Source of the DNA: an uncultured Candidatus Saccharibacteria bacterium
Lineage (GTDB): Bacteria; Patescibacteriota; Minisyncoccia; Phycocordibacterales; JACNGX01
DNA: 64,000 nt
Direction: 5' to 3'
NCBI GenBank assembly: GCA_964621395.1
Contig: CAZULS010000001.1
Span: 135,920 to 199,919, forward strand
In this document: positions 27,633-37,108 of the stretch, piece after piece
Layout: the number at the start of each line of letters is the position of its first letter
How positions within the stretch are numbered: position 1 is the stretch's first letter
Made by a program: the position numbers and the translations under genes
The notes under the pieces: model-generated
Told to the model about the DNA's origin: nothing
Seen by the model: the letters and a program-made list of their open reading frames with translations, nothing else
Database searches by the model: none

Positions 27633-29363
27633 ATGAATCTTTCCCGTGGGTTTACCTTCATCGATATTCTCATTGGCATGGCGCTGATGTTGATTGTGTT
27701 TGTTTCTCTCGTCGGCGTGTTTCGTATGAGTATCGGCGTCATCGTACAGAGCAAGGCGCGAGTGGGTGCCCTTGCGCTGGTCCAGGAACGAGTGGAATTT
27801 CTCCGAAGTCTTTCATACGACGAGGTGGCAACGGAGAATGGTATCCCCGAAGGATCTCTTAAGCAAGAAGAAGCAATTACGCTTAACGGTATTCTCTACG
27901 AAAGACGTACGTTTGTGCAATATGTGGACGCACCCCAAGACGGTACGGGAAATGATGATGAGAATAATGTCCCCACCGATTATAAGGTTGCCAAAGTGGA
28001 AGTTTCTTGGACGGTGAGCGGCGTTGAAAAGAGCGTGGCGGCTGTCACCAATGTGATGCCACCCGGTATTGAAACCAATGAAGGGGGTGGGACGCTCATC
28101 ATCGAAGTGTTTGACGCTCTTTCCTCGCCCGTACAAGGAGCGACGGTGCATATCGTAAACACAAACATTGCTCCGGCGGTAGACGTGGAGGTTTCTACCA
28201 ATGAGAATGGACGGGTGATGTTTCCGGGAAGTCCGTCGGCAAACGACTATGAAATGACTGTGACAAAAAACGGATATAATTCAGCACAAACACGCGATGT
28301 AACCGCCGAGTTGCCTGTGCCGCTTCCCGGGCATGTGTCTGTTTTGGAAGGAGAAACAACAGAGGTAAGCTTTGCCATCGACCTTTTGGGGAGTTTGCGC
28401 ATTGATACGTGGCTGCCCATATTGCCGTATGTGTGGGAAGATACAATGGATACAACAGCACAGATGCAGTTCTTCAACCAAATCGCGCTTTCCTTCGGCA
28501 GTGTGGCCCTGGGAGACAGTGGTCATGGATATTATACAAACGGATCAATCATGTCTGAGGACATAACGCATACGTATCTTGATTCTTGGGATGCGTTTTC
28601 CTGGAGCGACACAACGCCTCCCGGTACCACTATTCTGTACCATGTGTACGATGCCGATACGGATACGCGTATTCCCGATGTGGTGCTTCCGGGAAATGCG
28701 GCAGGATTTTCTTCTTCTCCGGTGTCGCTATCTCTCCTTGCGCCTGAAACATACACAACGCTTTCTGTGGAAGCTCTTTTTGAAACATCTGCAACGAGCA
28801 CAACACCCGCGCTTCATGAATGGAGTGTATCATATGAAGCCGGACCAATTCCCGTGGGAGACGTACCATTTTCTCTTTCAGGAACAAAGTCTATCGGTTT
28901 TGACGGCGAGGGAGAACCGGTACTTGCCTACGATACCAATCAGGTAACAGATGCAAACGGTAACATCGTCATCGATCTTCTGACGTGGGATACGTATACG
29001 GTTATCGTTGATGATGATGCGTCGGGATACGATGTACGGGCATTGTGTCCGGAGGCACCGTTTGGAGTTGATCCCGGTGAGAATGAAGAAGTGGATATCT
29101 ATCTTGCGCCCGATACACAGCACTCTCTTCGAGTGATTGTCTATACGACTGAGCCGGCACCGGCAGCAGGTGTGGATGTGGAGCTTTCACGGAGTGGATT
29201 TTCCGCGGAAGAAACAACCGACTCATGTGGACAGGCCTTTTTTGCAGATCTTGTCTCTTCAAGTAATTATGTTCTCAGTGTGGACGATTCTCCCTTTGGT
29301 ACTGGAACGGTGAGCGATGTGTCGGTGGATGGTGTGTCGTTTGAAGAGGTGTGGTTGGAGTAG
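27633..29363 (+). CDS. Large pilin-like protein with prepilin-type N-terminal cleavage/methylation domain
   Basis: Leader MNLSRG then FTFIDILIGMALMLIVFVSLVG (class III signal; Asp at +5 instead of Glu); 577 aa; C-terminal region with repeated beta-rich segments. The track ORF starts 17 codons earlier (27582). Confidence 0.6.
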   Translation: MNLSRGFTFIDILIGMALMLIVFVSLVGVFRMSIGVIVQSKARVGALALVQERVEFLRSLSYDEVATENGIPEGSLKQEEAITLNGILYERRTFVQYVDAPQDGTGNDDENNVPTDYKVAKVEVSWTVSGVEKSVAAVTNVMPPGIETNEGGGTLIIEVFDALSSPVQGATVHIVNTNIAPAVDVEVSTNENGRVMFPGSPSANDYEMTVTKNGYNSAQTRDVTAELPVPLPGHVSVLEGETTEVSFAIDLLGSLRIDTWLPILPYVWEDTMDTTAQMQFFNQIALSFGSVALGDSGHGYYTNGSIMSEDITHTYLDSWDAFSWSDTTPPGTTILYHVYDADTDTRIPDVVLPGNAAGFSSSPVSLSLLAPETYTTLSVEALFETSATSTTPALHEWSVSYEAGPIPVGDVPFSLSGTKSIGFDGEGEPVLAYDTNQVTDANGNIVIDLLTWDTYTVIVDDDASGYDVRALCPEAPFGVDPGENEEVDIYLAPDTQHSLRVIVYTTEPAPAAGVDVELSRSGFSAEETTDSCGQAFFADLVSSSNYVLSVDDSPFGTGTVSDVSVDGVSFEEVWLE

Positions 29364-29366
29364 CAA

Positions 29367-29557
29367 AATTACGAATGACAAATAACGCGAATATACGAAT
29401 ACACAATCGTACCGATAGAAGTTCTTATATTCGTATTATCACAATCTATTGTAATGGGAGATCACAAAGAATATATACGTGTCATATGATAAACGTAAGC
29501 CCGAAGCAGAAAGAACACCCATTCGTAGATTCGTATTATATTCGTAATTCGTAATAT
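29367..29557. mobile_element. Family-B MITE, copy 3
   Basis: As above. Confidence 0.75.
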
Positions 29558-29611
29558 TAAGAAGAATACATGTTTCATCATTCCAAACAATTGAAAAAAG
29601 AAAGACGACGG

Positions 29612-30217
29612 ATGAATGTATCGCGTGTTTCCGGTATCTCCATCGTAGAAATGGTTGTATCAATTGCAATGGCAACATTTGCCATTGTTGCTATCGGCTC
29701 GTTTACCATATCGTTTTATCGCACTAATGCCTACGGTATCGAACAATCGTTTGCCATCCATTCTGCCCGTAAAGGTATCGACCTTATGGTGCGTGACATC
29801 CGTGAAGCAACCTATTCTGACGAGGGGAGTTTCCCTGTGGTATCAATCGCACCGTATGCAATGGTTGTGTACAGTGATGTTGATCGTGATGATTCAGTAG
29901 AGCGCATCAGTTTTTCGCTTGAGGGTACAAACCTTATCCGAGGAAAAGCTGAGAGTGCAGGCGATCCGCCGGTATATCCGGGAGAGAACGATGAAGAGTA
30001 TAGCGTTTCCGATTCCGTCCGCAACGAAACGTATGGAACACCGATATTTCAATATTATGATGAATCAGGAAATGAAATTACCGACTACGACGCTGTGACC
30101 GATGTGGTGTTTGTGACCGTGAATGTGTTGGTGAATATTAATCCGAGTCGTTTGCCGCGTGATTTTTCTTTGCGTTCCAGTGCGTCATTGCGAAATACGC
30201 GTGTCGGTACGGAGTAG
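29612..30217 (+). CDS. Pilin-like protein (prepilin-type N-terminal domain)
   Basis: Leader MNVSRVSG then ISIVEMVVSIAMATFAIVAIG (G | hydrophobic helix with Glu at +5); approx 201 aa mature. The track ORF begins 14 codons earlier. Confidence 0.6.
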   Translation: MNVSRVSGISIVEMVVSIAMATFAIVAIGSFTISFYRTNAYGIEQSFAIHSARKGIDLMVRDIREATYSDEGSFPVVSIAPYAMVVYSDVDRDDSVERISFSLEGTNLIRGKAESAGDPPVYPGENDEEYSVSDSVRNETYGTPIFQYYDESGNEITDYDAVTDVVFVTVNVLVNINPSRLPRDFSLRSSASLRNTRVGTE

Positions 30218-30220
30218 CAG

Positions 30221-30408
30221 AATTACGAATGACGAATAACGCGAATATACGAATACACAATCTACCATTCTTGGCTCACGTATATGTCTGTCGCTATACG
30301 CTGTACCGAAACACCACAAAGAAATATCTTGGCATAAGACGACAGCCACAAGCCCGAAGCAGAAAGAATACCCATTCGTAGATTCGTATCATATTCGTAA
30401 TTCGTAAC
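30221..30408. mobile_element. Family-B MITE, copy 4; right end carries TATAAT 9 nt upstream of the next ATG
   Basis: As above; sequence ...TTCGTAACTGTAGTATAATAGAAACAATATG. Confidence 0.75.
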
Positions 30409-30428
30409 TGTAGTATAATAGAAACAAT

Positions 30429-31832
30429 ATGAACGATGTACATTCCTCTCGCGGATATATGATGATTATGGTGCTGGTGTTTGGCGCCGTGTTTATTACA
30501 CTCATGGGTGGTTTGTCGGGGTTTGTGTTGATGCAAAAGAACGTTACTGAGAAAAAAGAGTATGCCGAACAGGCGCTTCAAATTGCCGAAGCGGGACTCG
30601 AATATTACCGATGGTTTCTTTCCCACAACCCGGGTGATACAACAGACGGGACCGGAGAACCCGGTCCCTATGAGCACATCTATGCCGATCCGGAAGGAGG
30701 AGATATTGGAACGTTTTCTCTCAATATCGCAGGGACTGTCTCATGCAGTGAAATTACCTCCATTGATATTTATTCAACGGGATGGGTTGATGCTGATCCT
30801 GATGTGACGCGAACGGTATACGGCAAATATACTCGTCCGTCTGTCGCCGAATATGCGTATGTCTTAAATGATAATGTATGGGCGGGAAGCGACCGACAGA
30901 TTTATGGTCCGTATCATTCCAATCTTGGTATTCGCATGGACGGAACCAATCACTCTATTGTGACATCAGGCGTGGAAGAGTGGCGATGTACGAGCAGCTT
31001 TGGCTGCTCTCCTTCGCGGGATGAGAGCGGAGTATTTGGTGACGGACCCAATACCGAACTATGGGACTTTCCCGCGGAGACGGTTGATTTTGTGGGCATC
31101 TCCGTTGACCTGGTGCATATGAAAGATCGCGCGCAAAACGGAGGCGGTTTGTATTTTCCCAAAGTATCAAATTGGCGAAACCGTGAGGGATACCGCGTGA
31201 TTTTTCGGGAGAGCGGCACCATTGATGTCTATGAGGTGACGAGCACGCGGAGGGTATGGAGTGAGCCGGTCGGACGCGCCACGGAAGATAATTACGAAAG
31301 AATTCATTCGCAGCACTATGTGGGGAATTATGACATACCGGAGGAGTGCAGTTTACTGTTTTTCGAAGATAATCTGTGGGTGGAAGGAGAGGTGGAAGGA
31401 AGAGTAACGCTTGTATCCGCCAACGTGACTGATCCGGGAACCGATACCAACGTGTACCTCATTGATGATATTACCTATGCAGATACCCAGAGCGGGTTGA
31501 CGCTTCTCGGTGAGCACTCGGTCTTGATTGCGTACGATGTGCCGTATAATCTTGAACTTCGCGGTATTTTCATCGCACAAATGGGATCGTTCGGGCGGAA
31601 TTATTACAATCCATGGTGGTTGTCGCTCTCTAAGCGAGGAGTGCTTGAAATGACCGGCAGCATCGTATCCAACGGACGCGTGGGAACAAAGTGGACGTCT
31701 TGGGGATCCCATGTATCGGGCTTTGCACAGCGATATAACTCCTATGATCGACAGCTTGCGGGGGATCCGCCACCGTTTACGCCGTATATGGACGATGAGT
31801 ATCGTTTTGTCGAGTGGCGACAGGAGGAATAA
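30429..31832 (+). CDS. PilX-like pilus assembly / minor pilin protein
   Basis: 467 aa; N-terminal TM helix then QALQIAEAGLEYYRWFL, matching the PilX N-terminal domain pattern (A..AEAG). Confidence 0.5.
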   Translation: MNDVHSSRGYMMIMVLVFGAVFITLMGGLSGFVLMQKNVTEKKEYAEQALQIAEAGLEYYRWFLSHNPGDTTDGTGEPGPYEHIYADPEGGDIGTFSLNIAGTVSCSEITSIDIYSTGWVDADPDVTRTVYGKYTRPSVAEYAYVLNDNVWAGSDRQIYGPYHSNLGIRMDGTNHSIVTSGVEEWRCTSSFGCSPSRDESGVFGDGPNTELWDFPAETVDFVGISVDLVHMKDRAQNGGGLYFPKVSNWRNREGYRVIFRESGTIDVYEVTSTRRVWSEPVGRATEDNYERIHSQHYVGNYDIPEECSLLFFEDNLWVEGEVEGRVTLVSANVTDPGTDTNVYLIDDITYADTQSGLTLLGEHSVLIAYDVPYNLELRGIFIAQMGSFGRNYYNPWWLSLSKRGVLEMTGSIVSNGRVGTKWTSWGSHVSGFAQRYNSYDRQLAGDPPPFTPYMDDEYRFVEWRQEE

Positions 31833-31920
31833 TGGTTGCTGGTCCTAGTTGGCGCGGCTTTCGCCGCGCCTTTTCCAATGTCCCCTGGTATTCCGCTTAT
31901 GTATGGGGGATAATATATGT

Positions 31921-32997
31921 ATGATGTCTACCCCACACATGGTGCGTCGCATTATATACGGTGCTTTTGTACTAATCATCGGATGTGTATTCTTGGTTCC
32001 GATTGCATACGCAAACCCTCATCAAAATATAGATGATGGAGGAACAGGTTCAGGTACCAACGGCTACGTCCTCCTCGAACCCAGTATTCTCGTTCAAGGA
32101 GGAGGCAAATCCGCAAGTCCCGCCGACTATCTCGAAAACATCTTCTACTTTATGATCGGCACAGCCGGTGTCTTGGCAGTCCTTGTATTTGCCATTGGCG
32201 GTATTCAGTTTATGGTCTCAGGTGCCACTCCTTCTGCAAAGAAGGAAGGACAAGAAAAAATGACTGCCGCCATCTTCGGACTCATCCTCGCTCTCGGCAC
32301 CTGGCTTATTTTAAACACTATCAATCCGGATTTGGTGAAGAAGTTTGACTTGAAGCTTGATACGGTGACGGTGACGGGGAGTGGGGGAACGGGAAGCGGA
32401 ACGAGCACTCCGGGGAACCTTCCCTCAAATCTTCCCATAGGATGTTCGAATTATAAGAATGCTTTTATCAATGCGGCAAACACTGCAAAAATTGACGCGT
32501 GTCTTCTCTATGCGGTTGCATCACAGGAGTCGGGCTGTAATCCCGGTTTGGTAAGTAAGGCGGGTGCATGTGGCATTATGCAAATGCTTCCCTCAACAGC
32601 AAATGCCTCATGCAACTGGCTCAAGACAAATCCCGAAGCAAGTATTCTCAGGGCGGCTTTTTATCTGAAAAGCAATGCAAACGGATTGCATGCATATGAC
32701 AGTATGTTTGATATCGGTAATGCATATGGTCAATCAGGAAAAACAGTGCAAGTTGGTGGCTTTATATATGATACGGGGAACGATGATCTCATTGCATCGT
32801 ACAATGCCGGAAATGGTACGGTATCAACAAATGGTCGAGGACCATTTTCCCTCTCCCAAGATTGTCCAAAATCAACATATGGGACGAACATCCCCGCATG
32901 GCAATGTCATATCAATCCGGGAGGATTTGATGAAACACAAAATTATGTTCGTCGCGTGCAGTCATATCAGGATATGTGTAATCTGAAAGGGTTGTAA
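31921..32997 (+). CDS. Fusion protein: signal peptide + VirB2/TrbC-like two-helix hairpin + lytic transglycosylase (SLT) domain
   Basis: Hairpin IFYFMIGTAGVLAVLVFAIGGIQFMVSG-ATPSAKKEGQEKM-TAAIFGLILALGTWLILNTI; SLT motif AVASQESGCNPGLVSKAGACGIMQMLPSTA (ES ... GLMQ ... TA). Start placed at MMSTPHMVRR because the track start (31849) overlaps a terminator hairpin. Confidence 0.55.
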   Translation: MMSTPHMVRRIIYGAFVLIIGCVFLVPIAYANPHQNIDDGGTGSGTNGYVLLEPSILVQGGGKSASPADYLENIFYFMIGTAGVLAVLVFAIGGIQFMVSGATPSAKKEGQEKMTAAIFGLILALGTWLILNTINPDLVKKFDLKLDTVTVTGSGGTGSGTSTPGNLPSNLPIGCSNYKNAFINAANTAKIDACLLYAVASQESGCNPGLVSKAGACGIMQMLPSTANASCNWLKTNPEASILRAAFYLKSNANGLHAYDSMFDIGNAYGQSGKTVQVGGFIYDTGNDDLIASYNAGNGTVSTNGRGPFSLSQDCPKSTYGTNIPAWQCHINPGGFDETQNYVRRVQSYQDMCNLKGL

Positions 32998-33018
32998 GTG
33001 TGATATAATTGAGAGAAG

Positions 33019-34053
33019 ATGATTCAGAGAATGCAACGTAATATGTGGGACGTGGGTATTCTTTTGGCAATCGTGTCGTGCGCGGTTGTTGTTTTTGGGG
33101 AGCCCACACTCGCGTATAGTCCTGAAGGAACCGGCTACGCCCTCCTCGAACCCAGTATTCTCGTTCAAGGAGGAGGCAAATCCGCAAGTCCCGCCGACTA
33201 TCTCGAAAACATCTTCTACTTTATGATCGGCACAGCCGGTGTCTTGGCAGTCCTTGTATTTGCCATTGGCGGTATTCAGTTTATGGTCTCAGGTGCCACT
33301 CCTTCTGCAAAGAAGGAAGGACAAGAAAAAATGACTGCCGCCATCTTCGGACTCATCCTCGCTCTCGGCACCTGGCTTATTTTAAACACTATCAATCCGG
33401 ATTTGGTGAAGAAGTTTGACTTGAAGCTTGATACGGTGACGGTGACGGGGAGTGGGGGAACGGGAAGTACATATGATGGGAAGTTGAATGAAATTACCAT
33501 AACAAGAGAAGATGGAACAACCTACACGTTTAGGGGAATACAAGACGCATATCAAAGCTCACCTGGATTGCAGCTCGTGGGGGAGGATGGAAAGTATCTT
33601 CCCGAGAAAATAACAAAGGAAGAGGCAATGCGATATACGCTTATGAAAGATAGTGATATTGTGATTACGAGTACAACAGGAAGTTCAAAGCCATGTACCT
33701 ATCCCGGACAAACGGGATGTACGGATCTCTATGGCATGAAAGCCGCGACAATAGAAGAAATAAAATATATTGATGAAAAAACAAAGGGTCAAGTTTTGGT
33801 GACGGGCGGCACGGAACATGGGCCACATGCTATCGGAGCGTATAGTCATGGAAGTGGACATAAGGTGGACATTGATGATACATCGAATGTGACTGATTAT
33901 GTGGAGAATAATTTTATTCGAAGAAAAGATTTAGATAGAGAAGGAACACATGCTTCTCGCGCATACGAAAATCCTGACACGGAAGCCATCTGGCATCATG
34001 AGTATAAGAAGAAAACGCATTTTGATGTAGTGGTGTATCCCGAGAGACCTTAA
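33019..34053 (+). CDS. Paralog: same VirB2/TrbC-like hairpin N-terminus (approx 330 bp identical DNA) + LAS/M15-like peptidase C-terminal domain
   Basis: Residues approx 40-150 are identical to the preceding gene; C-terminal GTEHGPHAIGAYSHGSGHKVDIDD resembles the VanY/M15 motif SxHxxGxAxDI. Confidence 0.5.
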   Translation: MIQRMQRNMWDVGILLAIVSCAVVVFGEPTLAYSPEGTGYALLEPSILVQGGGKSASPADYLENIFYFMIGTAGVLAVLVFAIGGIQFMVSGATPSAKKEGQEKMTAAIFGLILALGTWLILNTINPDLVKKFDLKLDTVTVTGSGGTGSTYDGKLNEITITREDGTTYTFRGIQDAYQSSPGLQLVGEDGKYLPEKITKEEAMRYTLMKDSDIVITSTTGSSKPCTYPGQTGCTDLYGMKAATIEEIKYIDEKTKGQVLVTGGTEHGPHAIGAYSHGSGHKVDIDDTSNVTDYVENNFIRRKDLDREGTHASRAYENPDTEAIWHHEYKKKTHFDVVVYPERP

Positions 34054-34055
34054 AA

Positions 34056-34100
34056 AGCACATAAACACGCGGCGCCGAAGGCGCCGCGTGTTTATGTGCT
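34056..34100 (+). terminator. 21-bp-stem terminator AGCACATAAACACGCGGCGCC-GAA-GGCGCCGCGTGTTTATGTGCT
   Basis: Read directly; starts 3 nt after the stop of 33019..34053. Confidence 0.6.
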
Positions 34101-34118
34101 TCATGCTATAATACCCCT

Positions 34119-34901
34119 ATGAAAAAGAAAGCAGAAAAAAACCGTACGCTCATTGTTGCCAATTGGAAAATGAATCCGGCAACGCTTGCCGATGCGAAAA
34201 AGCTCGCCATGAAGTCACAGTCTCTTGGAAAAGGCCTCAAAAAGACCGTACTCATCGTGTGTCCGCCGTTTCCTTTCTTGGGTGACGTTGCAGCACCGAG
34301 CGCAAAAGGATATGCGTATGGCTCACAGGATATTTCGAGTGAGTCACTCGGATCACATACGGGAGATGTTGCCGCAATCCAAGTGGCATCACTCAAAGCT
34401 TTATATACAATCGTGGGTCATTCCGAGCGTCGCGAAATGGGAGAAAGCGATGAGGATGTAGCGGCAAAGGTGCGCGCGGCCCTTTCGGCAAAACTCACTC
34501 CGATTGTATGTGTTGGTGAAAAAGAGCGCGATGATGAAGCGAAATATCTTCTCACATTACGCGAGCAGATTCACAATTCCCTTGAAGGAGTATCGTCGCG
34601 TGATTTCGGTAACATTATCATTGCCTACGAACCAATATGGGCCGTCGGTGGATCAATTGCCGATACTCCCGATGATACAGCCGAGACAATTCTCTTTATA
34701 AAGAGAACACTCATGGAGCTTACGAGTGAGAAGACAGCTCTGTCTATTCCGATTTTGTACGGCGGTTCGGTTGATGATAAAAACGCAGCAGGATTTCTTG
34801 CCAAAGAAGAGATTGACGGACTGCTTGTCGGACGCGCAAGCAGGGATCCTAAAAAGCTCGCTGCGATTATCGACGCTTCAGAAAGAAGGGATGTTGCGTA
34901 A
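34119..34901 (+). CDS. tpiA: Triosephosphate isomerase
   Basis: IVANWKMN, VGHSERRE, AYEPIWAVGGS, YGGSV signatures. Confidence 0.9.
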   Translation: MKKKAEKNRTLIVANWKMNPATLADAKKLAMKSQSLGKGLKKTVLIVCPPFPFLGDVAAPSAKGYAYGSQDISSESLGSHTGDVAAIQVASLKALYTIVGHSERREMGESDEDVAAKVRAALSAKLTPIVCVGEKERDDEAKYLLTLREQIHNSLEGVSSRDFGNIIIAYEPIWAVGGSIADTPDDTAETILFIKRTLMELTSEKTALSIPILYGGSVDDKNAAGFLAKEEIDGLLVGRASRDPKKLAAIIDASERRDVA

Positions 34902-34902
34902 T

Positions 34903-35099
34903 CTATTTTGTTGTCATCCCGCACTTGATGCGGGATCTTCCCGAATTACCTTTAGAAACAAGACAGCGAAGATTCCGGGTCACCAGAGCCCCACTTTCAC
35001 CAATGCTGTATATGATAAAACATCTTCCACCCTTTCTTCTATCGTCTACGACCTCTTCATGTACTCAGTGAAAGTGAAGCTCGGCAGGAGCCCGGAATG
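34903..35099. mobile_element. Composite family-A/family-E repeat filling the tpiA-pgk spacer
   Basis: GTCATCCCGCACTTGATGCGGGATC hairpin, then CCAGAGCCCCACTTTCACC ... CAGTGAAAGTGAAGCTCGGCAGGAGCCCGGAATGACA; near-duplicate of 49620-49968. Confidence 0.65.
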
Positions 35100-36257
35100 A
35101 CATATACATTTATGAAATCATCACTCCCACAACTGAGTACTTTGAATGCAAATATGCTTCGCGGGAAGTATGTGCTTGTTCGTGCTGGGGTGAATGTGCC
35201 GCTTGTGAATGGAAAAGTGGCGGATGGTTTTCGTATTAAAAAAGCACTCCAAACGATTCACTTTCTCAAAAAGGCGGGGGCTCGTGTCATTGTGATTGCT
35301 CATATCGGACGTGACCCTAAGGAATCGCTTCTTCCTGTTGTACGCTACATGAACACCAAGACACGCATCGGATTTGCTTCGGATGTCTTTGGCCCGGCCA
35401 CTGAAAAGATGATTGCCAATATGAAAAACGGCACTGCCCTTCTTCTGGAAAACCTTCGTCAGCATGAGGAAGAAAAAGGGAATAACGTTGCCTTTGCAAA
35501 GCGTTTGGCGTCGTATGCGGATCTATATGTGAATGATGCCTTCTCTGTCTCTCACCGCGGACATGCTTCTATTGTCTCCATACCGAAATATCTTCCTTCG
35601 TATATCGGATTGTCATTCGAGGAGGAACACGGAGAACTTATGCGTATGCGTGAGCCAAAAGAGCCATTCGTGCTTGTGTTGGGCGGGGCGAAAATAAAAA
35701 CAAAGATGCCACTCTTGTCTCTCTATGCGAAAAAAGGAGACACGGTGTGTGTCGGCGGTGCAATTGCTAACACCTTGCTCAAAGCGCGAGGATATGAAAT
35801 CGGAAAGTCTGTTGCCGATGATACGAAAGAGCTTTCAGCTTTGGCGAAGAAAAAGAATATTCTCTTGCCGGTTGATGTTGTGGTGGAAACGGCAAAAAAA
35901 GAGCGCATCGTGCGGGATGTGGGTGATATACGGAAAACGGATACCATTTTTGATATTGGTCCGGAGACGGTACGCACGTGGGAAGAAGTGTTGTCACATG
36001 CGAAATCAATTGTGGCAAATGGTCCTTTGGGGTGGTATGAAAAAGGGTATACGAAGGGAACGAAAGATATATTGAAGGTTATTGCACAAGGCAGTGCGCG
36101 GAGTGTGGTTGGTGGTGGCGATACGGTGGCGCTCGTACGAAGTGCAAAGATGGCTCAAGACATCACATTTCTCTCAACCGCCGGCGGCGCCATGCTTGAT
36201 TTCCTTGCTGATGGGAGTCTGCCCGGGATTAAGGCGATAATAGAAGTTAGGAATTAG
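35097..36257 (+). CDS. pgk: Phosphoglycerate kinase
   Basis: 386 aa; N-terminal RAGVNVPL ... hinge and C-terminal nucleotide-binding motifs; SD AGGAG 7 nt upstream. Confidence 0.9.
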   Translation: MTYTFMKSSLPQLSTLNANMLRGKYVLVRAGVNVPLVNGKVADGFRIKKALQTIHFLKKAGARVIVIAHIGRDPKESLLPVVRYMNTKTRIGFASDVFGPATEKMIANMKNGTALLLENLRQHEEEKGNNVAFAKRLASYADLYVNDAFSVSHRGHASIVSIPKYLPSYIGLSFEEEHGELMRMREPKEPFVLVLGGAKIKTKMPLLSLYAKKGDTVCVGGAIANTLLKARGYEIGKSVADDTKELSALAKKKNILLPVDVVVETAKKERIVRDVGDIRKTDTIFDIGPETVRTWEEVLSHAKSIVANGPLGWYEKGYTKGTKDILKVIAQGSARSVVGGGDTVALVRSAKMAQDITFLSTAGGAMLDFLADGSLPGIKAIIEVRN

Positions 36258-36706
36258 AAAATAGGATACAAAGTCGGCGCTCCGCGCCGACTTTGTGTAT
36301 AAAAAAGGCCCCGCGTAACGGGGCTATTGAAGAAAGTATCCTACACTAATAGCGAGTATCGTTAATGCACTCATGACGAGCGTGAATACTTTTGTTGTCA
36401 TCCGCTTACGTTCCTGGGAAGAAAAGTGTGGCAAGAAATCCCAGAGTTCTTTCCGGTAATTATGATAATGAGACATCGGAAAAATATTTTAGGTGTTGAG
36501 AAAAGGACGAGTATTGTTTTTAATCATATCCTTATGAAAAGAAAAGTCAAAATGGGGATAAATAGAAACGATAAACTTTGAACGACCATAAAGCACAACA
36601 AGTTGTGTTCGGGCACAGTAAACGATAAATAAAAATACAAAAGCGCGGCTTCGCCGCGCTTTTGCTATGAAAAATTAATTATATAATTAATTACATAATT
36701 AACCTT

Positions 36707-37108
36707 TTACACAATCGCCCGCAACTTCTCTCCCATCTCTTTGAGATCTTCGGGAGTCGCTTTCTTGCCATGCCACAGCCTATGTCCGTCGTCTGAAAAG
36801 CGCGGAATGATGTGAACGTGCAAGTGAAACACCACTTGCCCGGCTGCTTCTTCATTATTGATGGCAATATTGACACCATCGGCACCGGTCACTTTCTGTA
36901 TCTTCGGTGCAAGAGTATGTACCGTTTTCATGACATGTGAGAATGTATCGGCATCGATATCGAAGATATTGGTTGCATGTATTTTCGGAATCACCAATGT
37001 GTGCCCAGAATTAACGGGAGCAATATCCAAAAATGCGAGCGTATGCTCGTCTTCATATATTTTTTCCGCCGGAATATCCCCGGCGACGATGGAGCAGAAA
37101 AGACACAT
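36707..37108 (-). CDS. HIT family (histidine triad) hydrolase
   Basis: 133 aa; HLHVHIIPR histidine triad. Confidence 0.85.
   Translation of the reverse strand: MCLFCSIVAGDIPAEKIYEDEHTLAFLDIAPVNSGHTLVIPKIHATNIFDIDADTFSHVMKTVHTLAPKIQKVTGADGVNIAINNEEAAGQVVFHLHVHIIPRFSDDGHRLWHGKKATPEDLKEMGEKLRAIV

Noticed and set aside
27002-27754. 250-aa minus-strand ORF
   Set aside because: Spans the 3' end of pilC, the whole family-B MITE and the start of the pilin gene in antisense. Its N-terminus is repeat-derived (NANIRIH peptide also generated by other MITE copies).
32205-32438. 77-aa minus-strand ORF, duplicated identically at 33276..33500
   Set aside because: Both lie inside the 330-bp block duplicated between the two VirB2-like/hydrolase paralogs, antisense to them. 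The duplication of this shadow ORF is a consequence of that repeat.
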